DNA of 58,538 bases, the filler included, from Squatina squatina (lineage: Eukaryota): assembly GCA_031763465.1 (NCBI GenBank). It is 4 parts of 4 records of this genome, joined end to end, with 100 filler letters (N's around TTAATTAATTAA, not from the genome) between each part and the next. Parts side by side here need not be neighbours in the genome. Positions count along the whole stretch, not along the records: positions 45,016 to 58,538 come from JARFOE010000230.1; 3 more parts are not named here. One strand, written 5' to 3'. Position numbers and translations under genes: made by a program. Shown here piece after piece: positions 49,962-58,538 of this stretch (its first letter is position 1; each line of letters opens with the position of its first letter). The notes under the pieces are model-generated. The model made no database searches. It was given only the letters and a program-made list of their open reading frames with translations, and was not told the DNA's origin.

Positions 49962-50160
49962 AGTGAGAATTCCCTTGCTCTTCTCTAAATAGTGCCATGG
50001 GATCTTTTATGTCCATCTAGAGGGTGTATGAGTTTAACATCTCATCCAAAAGATCACACTTCCAACAGTGCAGCACTTACCTTAGTACTGCATTGAAGAT
50101 TAATGCTCATCTGGAGTGAGTCTTGAATACATGGGCTTATGACTCTGAAGCAGGAGTGGG
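49962..50160 (-). mobile_element. SacSINE1/Deu-domain SINE copy (further remnants near 23040-23168 and 45075-45270)
   Basis: atagtgccatgggatcttttatgtccatc..gtttaacatctcatccaaaaga..acagtgcagcac..c.tagtactgcattg. Confidence 0.75.
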
Positions 50161-52664
50161 CAAAGGTTAGCCATACAGCAGTCTAATAACTAATGTGTTT
50201 CATAGAGAATACCATACACACAAAGGGTTTGCTTTCAATTGTAGCATTAAGCTCTGTTTCTTCCCTCTCCCTACAAGCAAAGGTTCCCACTGTCTAAAAG
50301 AGATTGTTGAGAATGTACTGCAGCTGGAACCAGAATAGCGCTTGTCCACTGTCTAAGACACCCAGAGCAAGGATACAAGTACAATTTTTCAGTTTGTGCT
50401 GCTTTTTTTTGGCAAAGGTTGGTGAATTTGATGGTGTGCATGTAAATTGCCCTCTCGAAAAAAAGACATTATGATGTGGTGAATGGAGCATTCACTTGTG
50501 GCCAAAAAGTAAGCACATTGTGTAAGCTGGAACACATACCCAAAGAAGAAAAATCATTTGGCCCTTAAAATGAACACTCGGTATGATCAGGTTTCAGAAA
50601 TAAGCTCATCCGATGGAAACTGGAGTGCAGATGCATAGGATCTGCTGAAATACAAAAAAGTTGAAGAAACCCAGGGCTGAGCAAATGCTGAATTATTGCC
50701 TAAATTGCACACAGGGTGAAACATTCGTGACAGTGAACAAACACAAACGTTTGTCAGCTCATGTTAATGAAAGAAGGAAAAAAGCACTTCTCTCAAAAAG
50801 AATGGTTCCCTCCTTCAATGATCTTCTCACCCACAGAACATGTATTGATGCTCGTCATTGCATATGCAAGTGAGGAAGGTTAGAGTGTATGAAGAGAAAG
50901 CAGAATTTTATTTAGCGTTTTGTACATTTCAAAGACAGTCAATTTTGTTGAAATAAATGGCAGCTCTCCGATGTTGACAGGTTTTTCCAGGTTCTATAAT
51001 TATAATGAGAAACTCCCTTAAAGTTATTAAGATTATTGATAAATCATTCTTTTGCACTTGAACTAATTATAACTACAATTGTGTTAGGCAGGAACAATTC
51101 AGAGCACAAAACTAGCCAAGAAGCTAAACTGAAACTGGGATACCATTGTCTGTCTGAGTAGATACTACAGTCTGGTACCATTAGAATCTGTTGTTCTTTT
51201 TAGTTTTCATGTCATATCTTCATGAAAGCAGTCCCAATTTACTCTGCCATAGGCTGCGGTTACAGAAATGACAAACAGTTTTGACATTCTTAAGGGGTCT
51301 TCTGTCTCCCACTCCAAACATTTAAGTGGAATAAATTATTTGACAAAAATCCACTTCCTTAAAAATAATAATTGAAGGGTGCTAACTTTCCACATTTGTG
51401 TAAGCTAGGGAAAACATCAAAATAAACTGAACCAATGGGGAAACTAAGCCACAGGGACTCATTTCATTTGTTTCTATACTTTGTGCACTCAATTGGCTTC
51501 AGGAGGAAAATGGTTAGGTATTTGGTGACTACAATGGAAATTTGGAAAAGGTGGAACTTCCCTTATTTCTTTGTGTCCTATTAAGACAACCCATACCCCG
51601 CCTCCTCCCCTTTGCAGGCCGCACCTGCATGCAAATTATAAAAACTTTCACACTCACTGCAGGAACACTGATATAGACTCATTGCTTCGATCACTTGTTC
51701 AGTCTGTCCATCGGTTTTGTTTCACTCATGCTCACACTCTTTACCTGTCTTGCTTACCATAACAGAGAGGCAAGCAGACTCTGAAACAGAGAGGCATTGA
51801 CTAATTTACNNNNNNNNNNNNNNNNNNNNNNNNNNNNNNNNNNNNNNNNNNNNNNNNNNNNNNNNNNNNNNNNNNNNNNNNNNNNNNNNNNNNNNNNNNN
51901 NNNNNNNNNGTCCCAATCCAGTTCATGTGACTTCAGAATAATAGCATTAAACTATCCACTAATTGACAATTAAAGTCATTGGTGAGAAAAATGGAAATGT
52001 CAAACGAGTGCAATGGCTTGAAGTTGGAGTTAAGTCACATAGGTGGAGCAGCTTTAGCCTACATCTGAATTGAGTCATATCTAATGTGAGAATGTTTGTT
52101 GCAGACACCAACCGTAAAAAGAGGAAAATGTTTCATTAAGCACTAAGCTTACACACCCAAAACAAAATTTCCCATTTTCTTTTTAAAACTGTACTTCTAC
52201 TTCAGGGAGATTTTTGCCCCTATTGCTTTATAATGGCAGAAGATTGCTGTTATCTTCTTTTTAGTTTGCCTCCATTTCATTTATTTTGTGAAAGATTCAG
52301 ACCGGAATCACCATTGTAGCCTTGCCTTTTTCAGAGTGGCAGTTAAAAAGGAAGTTAGCTTTACTGTAGCGACCCTGTGTGCTAGTCCATCTAGGCACCA
52401 GAGGAATGCTTACTTGTTCATCTCTGGTCTGACTAGCAGTCTCAAGTTTCAACATTATCTACTGTAATTACCACCAGATGAAGATGAAACACAAAAGGAA
52501 TGTGAGCTGCCAACATTTGTTTGATAGATGACCATAGATATATTCTACTTTCCACACTGGGATTTCAAGACAAAAGGAATCTATATCAAATAGAGAATGT
52601 GGCATGTGGAGGCCTAAAAATCAGTTCCAGTAAGTGTCATGCCACTGAACAGATCCTTCTTTCA

Positions 52665-52795
52665 CAAAGGCAAAATACTGCAGATGCTGGAAATCTGAAA
52701 TATAAACAGAAAATGCTGGGAATACTCAGCAGGTTAGGTACCATCTTTGAAGAAAGAAACAGATTTAACATTTCAGGTCAGTGACCTTTCATCAG
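52665..52795 (-). mobile_element. Penelope-like terminal repeat with hammerhead core
   Basis: Minus strand CTGATGA-A-AGGTC-ACT-GACCT-GAAA-TGTT..., then ...CCAGCATTTTCTGTTTATATTTCAGATTTCCAGCATCTGCAGTATTTTGC. Same family as 34154-34260. Confidence 0.8.
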
Positions 52796-53072
52796 TCTTC
52801 ACAGTAGAGGAAGAGGATAATATACAAGACATTCCAGTGAAGTTAATAATGAATGAAGGACTGAAACTCACTAAAGTTAACGTAAGCAAGAAAACAGTAT
52901 TGGAAAAAATAATGTCACTAAAGACTGACAAATCCCCAGGACCTGATGCTTTCTACCCCAGGGATTTAAAGGAAGTAGGTGAGGAAATTGTAGCTGCTTT
53001 AAGCCATAATTTTCCAAAGCTCTCTCGATTCAGGAATTCTCCCTTTAGATTTGAAAATTGCAAATGTAACTC
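52790..53072 (+). mobile_element. CR1 LINE ORF2 (pre-RT) fragment
   Basis: SVFTVEEED..KTVLEKIMSLKTDKSPGPDAFYPRDLKEVGEEI, then after a frameshift IFQSSLDSGILPLDLKIANVT. Confidence 0.9.
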
Positions 53073-53632
53073 ATGTAAGAAAATTCAAATTTGGATTGTG
53101 GACACTTCATGCACAGTTCCAGGAAAAGTGATACCTGCCTATGCGGCTGTGATGAGTTATAGAGTTCATCGTCAGCGTGTGGTTTCACTCTGGATGAAGA
53201 ATTCCCTAACTGCACTAAACCTGTTGATCGATGGAACTTAAAGAGAATTAATGTTCAGAGTGAAGAAGATATTGGGTTGTACACTATTTGTATGGTTCGG
53301 TGGTTAACATTTTGCCTTAANNNNNNNNNNNNNNNNNNNNNNNNNNNNNNNNNNNNNNNNNNNNNNNNNNNNNNNNNNNNNNNNNNNNNNNNNNNNNNNN
53401 NNNNNNNNNNNNNNNNNNNNCATCCGCACTATTTTGCTTTTGCAAAAATATACACCGTTGAACTCTTATGTGTTTTTGTTTTATTACATGCTTGCTTTTT
53501 TATATTGGTTAAAGGACATGTTTTTGGAAGCACCAACATAACAACTGTTTAGAATGTTCTCTGACAGAAGGTATGGTATGGCCACACATTACTACCATGC
53601 ACACTTCCCATCAGCATGGGTTAAAATTACTA

Positions 53633-54022
53633 GGGCACCCAATTGGCATTTTTATAGTCAGTGGCTATATCGGGCCAAGAGGTGTAATTTTAGCGCCCTA
53701 ATAGAACTGTCCCTTTAAGACAGGGCATTGGCGTCTTAGAAAATGTCTTGGCATCACAAAACAAAACCGATGTTCAAAACCGGCGCTAATGGAACTATTG
53801 ACTTAGATTTTTTCAGCTGCCCAATTGTTGGTCCGATGTAAGGAGGTGCGCCCTCTGATGACGTCACAGAGGCTGATTTGCGCCTAGCGCCACGTTTCCA
53901 GCGCTCCTGAGTTAGCGCCCAATTAGCGCCAGTGCTGAACTGAGGCCAATTGCGAAAAATTCAATTTAGCGCCAAAAACGGGCGTTAGACCCCTAACGCC
54001 GTTCTTCGCTCATTTAGCGTTA
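53633..54022. mobile_element. CpG-rich MITE, left part
   Basis: Starts GGGCACCCAATTGG, with repeated TAGCGCC motifs and an internal TGACGTCA. Confidence 0.55.
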
Positions 54023-55595
54023 NNNNNNNNNNNNNNNNNNNNNNNNNNNNNNNNNNNNNNNNNNNNNNNNNNNNNNNNNNNNNNNNNNNNNNNNNNNNNN
54101 NNNNNNNNNNNNNNNNNNNNNNNNNNNNNNNNNNNNNNNNNNNNNNNNNNNNNNNNNNNNNNNNNNNNNNNNNNNNNNNNNNNNNNNNNNNNNNNNNNNN
54201 NNNNNNNNNNNNNNNNAAAAAAATGGGCAAAAAGTCGCAACACTTGCAGCTGGTGTGCCTCTGTCAGCAGAGAGACAACAGTATTGATGGCAGTCAAGGT
54301 ATAATCAGACTGTCCCAGCAGGAAGGGACAGCGCAAATGGAAGGCGGCAACGAAACAGGGATAATAGTGATTTGCTTTAAAGGTTTAATAGAGAATTCAC
54401 AGTTGCCTACTTACCAGGCAGCTGCCACAAGCCAGAAACCCTCATTTAGAGCGTTACAAGTACTCCAATGTTTAGCTATAATGATGTGAGGACTCATTGA
54501 ATGCAAGTGATTACAGACTAGAAGAGAGTATTCTCTTTCCACTGCCTGGGGGAGTCCTTTCAGAATTAGATTTTCAAATGGTTGTTTTCTTACAGAGCGG
54601 AGACCTTATTGTGAGACACAGCTGACAACATTTACCGATTTGTAATTACTCGTTCCATTCATTTCAGCTACACCATATTCTTCCAGAATTTATTTCTCTC
54701 TATTAAAAGGGACCGTTTTCTGTAGCAGCCAATCAAAATACTACCCTACTTTTGTAAACTAATTTTTATCGAATGGTATTAATACATTTTTAAAAGCAAG
54801 TTAAGGCAGTTTTACTTTTTAAGACTGGATTTGAACCCGATGGTGCTATATGTCAGCAAAGCTGGGCCATTTTAAAATCAGTTGGGAACCACCGGGAGGC
54901 TATCAAAATACATATTACAATAAAAAGTTTGATCATTTAAATCATAAAAATTAATTGTTAACTATAGGAATTATACTAGAAGATTTTATGTTAAGAACCT
55001 CCCTGCAATTAATAAAGTGAATATTCTATTGAACTAAAATGCATTAAAGACACTATTTTCTGCATTGAAGTAATTTCCTCAGCTGACCAGGCAGGCACAC
55101 CATCTGCTCCCAACCTTCTTTCAATGCAACCTTATAAATTGCATTCAACAGTGGCACAGGCCGACTCACCTTCAGATTTCTCCTCCCTGCTAGGATGTGG
55201 CATGCAGCCACATGGCACTGTTTTGTCTCTCTCCCTCCCCCTTGAAACGCCAGCAGTAGAGCACTAGATCACATTTAGAAATGGTGGGGGGAGAGGGTAG
55301 TTATCATGGCTTTAAAGTTATCTGGTCTTGGCTGCAGCATTGATAGCTCTTGGCCAAGCTATTATTAATGTAGTTACATTTCTAGAAATTGGTGGGAAGC
55401 ATTAGAAAATGAGGNNNNNNNNNNNNNNNNNNNNNNNNNNNNNNNNNNNNNNNNNNNNNNNNNNNNNNNNNNNNNNNNNNNNNNNNNNNNNNNNNNNNNN
55501 NNNNNNNNNNNNNNCTATGGACTAATACAGATTTGAAGGATCTACAAGGGTAGGGCTTTCAATCATCGTGCACACAGCAACACAACAGCTATCTC

Positions 55596-55614
55596 TGCCT
55601 CCACCTAGTGGCGG
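55596..55614 (-). promoter_or_regulatory. CTCF-like motif
   Basis: Minus strand CGCCACTAGGTGGAGGCA compared with the consensus core CCAC/GYAGRKGGC. Confidence 0.4.
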
Positions 55615-55838
55615 AGGTTTTGTTCTTGGCACTTGACCCATGGATTTCCAAATCTATGAAGGGGCTTGCATTATATTAATCGGACGCTCCCCCACCCATC
55701 CCCTCCCCAAGCCCTACAAGGGATCATAACTATTGCATTTGATACTTATTAGGGAAATGCTGCATCCATTATAATCTGTAACACAGCCACACATTTACAT
55801 AGACTGGAATGTTTTATATTTTGTCAAAATGTGTACAT

Positions 55839-55844
55839 TTTATT
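55839..55844 (-). promoter_or_regulatory. Candidate polyadenylation signal of the ARHGAP44-like 3' UTR
   Basis: AATAAA on the minus strand at the distal end of an AU-rich, transposon-poor stretch of ~1.6 kb downstream of the stop at 57437. Confidence 0.4.
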
Positions 55845-57108
55845 TTTTTGCTGATATGAAATTGTAACATTTGTCCAGCGCACACCAAGTCTGCTCTACA
55901 TTTTGTAATATTTCACCTTGTTTTTGTTTTCAGTTCAGTTTTTCTCCAGGTTTTAGACGAGAAACCACAGATGAGGGAATCAGCACTATTTTGTTTCTCA
56001 GACACAGCCACTAGACCCTCTAAATTCAAGGACTGTTTATTTTAAAGCACTATAATTATATATACTTTCAAGTGAAACATAATGCATGAAACAAGTCTTT
56101 ATATAACAGATATATTATGTTCTCTCATAGTTCTACACTCTTTATGATCATTTAAAATAAGTCACTGCACTGGGCAATGTATTCAGTCCTGTACATTACA
56201 AAGGCAATAGCCACATAACCAGTCGCCAGTCTAGCCCCCCTTCCCTTAAATACACAGTATATTTTTAATACAACATTTACATAGACATTAATTAAATTCT
56301 ATTCGTACAAGGTATTCTGGCATGATAACAAAGTTTTACAGCCACAACAATCCATTGTAATAGTCACCATCCACATACAGACTTCTTTAAGTACAATACT
56401 GACAACTTTGTTCCTTTTTTTCTGGCTAAAGTTACTTTCAGAATAATTGCCGATTGCCAGGCTTTTGTGCACATATTATACAAATTTAAACGATATCACT
56501 GCATTTAGCACATTTCTCCTTTGAACTGTATAAACGGACAAATACTAGGATGTGTACAATGGGACGCAGAANNNNNNNNNNCGCGTGAACAGTTACTTTT
56601 AGAAATGGATTTTGTTTGCAATTCTGTACTGTGAAACTCCAGGGGGTCAAAATCTTTGACTGGTTGTTGCCATGGGTACGCATTAGAACATTTCATTCCC
56701 TCACAAACAGTGCTTATCGACTTATCCTGAGTGTACCTTCTCCATCTCTCGGGCAATGAAGATTTCTTTTAGACAAGAAAAAATAATATTTTAATTTTTT
56801 GATAATTTCTGTACTGTATATTAATCTACATCTTTAGGCCCAACCTTTCTGCCTGCCCTAAGAATTAGCTCATTCCAGTGTACAACAGAAAGGGCATTTC
56901 TTCTGCATGTGGAAAGATTTTTAAACGCAAGATTCTGACCTCCTAGTTGTGGAAATCCATTCTCTCTGAAGAATCAGAAGTTTTGCCATACACAGAAACT
57001 CAAATTGCTGTTCCCATAAAGACAATCTCCTTGTACATAAGATACATAAATGCATATTTCCATTGGAGTGTGAAAGCATTGTTGTATGATATGCCATTAT
57101 TATTAGGT

Positions 57109-57131
57109 ATATATATATATATATATATATA
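57109..57131. repeat. (TA)n microsatellite in the 3' UTR
   Basis: Direct reading. Confidence 0.9.
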
Positions 57132-57436
57132 ATGAAAATACAGGAATCAAATTAAGTGGCAGGTTCAAAGGCCAAGTTTCTAAAAAAAATAATTTCAGTA
57201 AGGCTAAATAAAAGTTAAAAAAAATAAAAATTGATCACAGTCAACAGAACAGTGTTTTAAAGGGCTGACCAACCGTAACCAAACCAAAGCAACATTTTCA
57301 TCTTATAGAATTCCATTCCCATAGTTAATGGAAGCAGCTTTTCTTGCAGTTATATGTGAAGAGACGCCCACTTATCTACCATCCTGTAGATGGAATCTAT
57401 GTACAGCTTGTGTCACACAAATGGAGTGTTCTTATG

Positions 57437-57588
57437 TCATAGGACAGTACTTTCTGACTCCTCATCAGAATCTGCTCTTACTATAGAGTCTGCCACAAAG
57501 TTTGTGCACATTTGGTCTGAAAGTTCAGTGTAGAGTGCGTCATGAACCTCTATTGACTGTACAAAAGAGGGGTCTGGATTGCCAGTAT
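57437..57588 (-). CDS. ARHGAP44: Probable Rho GTPase-activating protein 44 (RICH2) last coding exon
   Basis: ctgcttgcag|(D)TGNPDPSF...RADSDEESESTVL*. Human ARHGAP44 ends RDSEEESESTAL. Same segment as NDEL1 (both on human 17p). The upstream part is poorly similar. Confidence 0.7.
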
Positions 57589-58186
57589 CTGCAAGCAGTG
57601 AAAAGAAACAATTCATTAGCAATGATACAATTTAATCATTACAGTACACACATATATACTTTAAAAAAAAAGGTCATTCCATTAAACATCCTTGTTAGTG
57701 CCAATAGCTTGTGACAAATAATAGGGATGTCACAATATGGTTATCTGACAAGATCAGAACTGATGCTTGGTTGTTTTAATATTTTGTCCCTAGCTCTAGA
57801 TCCTGCCAATTCAGCCCCTTTCTGCTACAAGGCTGAGAGAACACTTCATGCAGATAAACGTCATTTTGTTCTTCTCTGTCTGTCAGTTTACTGTGCAATG
57901 TCTCAGCTATGTACAGTTCTATTGTGTGTACAGCTACTAAATGGTTAAGGAAGATGGGCTTACGTTAGTTTGTGACTTATGCAGAGATCTGAAATAGAAA
58001 CCAGGTACAATTAATCCATGCTACACCACTGCAGTTCTACCATTACNNNNNNNNNNTTACTGGCTCATTACATGTTCCCATCGAAGTCTTTTGATTGGAT
58101 ATTTTTTCAAACAGTGTAAAAAGTAGAAACTCTTGCCTTTTTTTTTTACTGACATTCTTTAAATAGTTTGTCGCAATCCTGGATAT

Positions 58187-58538
58187 ATAGAATCTTATAG
58201 CACAGAAGGCAGTCATTCTGCCCATCGCGCCTGTGTCGACTCTTTGAAAGAACTATCCAATTAGTCCCACTCCCCTGCTCTTCTCCCATAGCCCTGCAAA
58301 TATTTCCTTTTCAAGTATTTATCCAATTCCCTTTTGAATGTTAGTATTGAAACTGCTTCCACTGCCCTTTCGGGCCATGCATTCCAGATCATAACTCAGA
58401 GTAAAAATATTTCACCTCTGGCTCTTTTGCCAATTACCTTAAATCTGTGTTTTCTGGTTACCAACCTTTCTGCCAGTGGAAACAATTTCTCCTTATTTAC
58501 TCTTATCAAAACCCTTCATGATTTTGACACCTCTTTCA
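58187..58538 (-). mobile_element. CR1 LINE 3' end
   Basis: atagaatcttatagcacagaaggcagtcatt.gcccatcgcgcctgtg...ttcaagtatttatccaattccc. Confidence 0.85.

Noticed and set aside
54415-54475. Possible 61-nt minus-strand exon KHWSTCNALNEGFWLVAAA with donor CTG|GTAAGT
   Set aside because: No recognisable homology, and isolated splice-like words are common.

Overview
This is non-coding-rich vertebrate genomic DNA, most likely from a cartilaginous fish. That assignment is inferred from the repeat complement: CR1 and L2 LINE tails, SacSINE1/Deu-type SINEs, Penelope-like termini, and RTE and Harbinger relics. It is not one locus. Three identical 100-bp artificial linkers (N44-TTAATTAATTAA-N44 at 16497-16596, 31755-31854 and 44916-45015) join four segments, and each segment is a stack of short contigs separated by fixed 100-N or 10-N gaps that hide large missing stretches. 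Segment A (1-16496) is mostly repeats plus one NNT-like exon (-), truncated by an in-frame stop and followed by AATAAA. Segment B (16597-31754) holds exons of MHC-framework genes: PHF1 (+), ZBTB22 (-), a TRIM/butyrophilin-type B30.2 exon (+), RPS18 (-) and BAG6 (-, 4 exons), with minisatellites. Segment C (31855-44915) holds transposon relics (L2, SINE, a Penelope GIY-YIG fragment with a hammerhead-like terminus, two RTE copies, Tigger) and the first and last coding exons of PPP1CB (+). Segment D (45016-58538) holds four NDEL1 exons (-) and a probable ARHGAP44 last exon with its 3' UTR (-). Most ORFs in the supplied track are artefacts of N runs or repeats. I found no convincing new multi-gene system. 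The best leads are the truncated NNT exon, the mixed MHC-region gene set, an acceptor-bearing tandem repeat abutting the PPP1CB start codon, degenerate hammerhead ribozyme motifs, and CRE-carrying MITEs. All gene and repeat identifications come from recalled sequences, not database searches.
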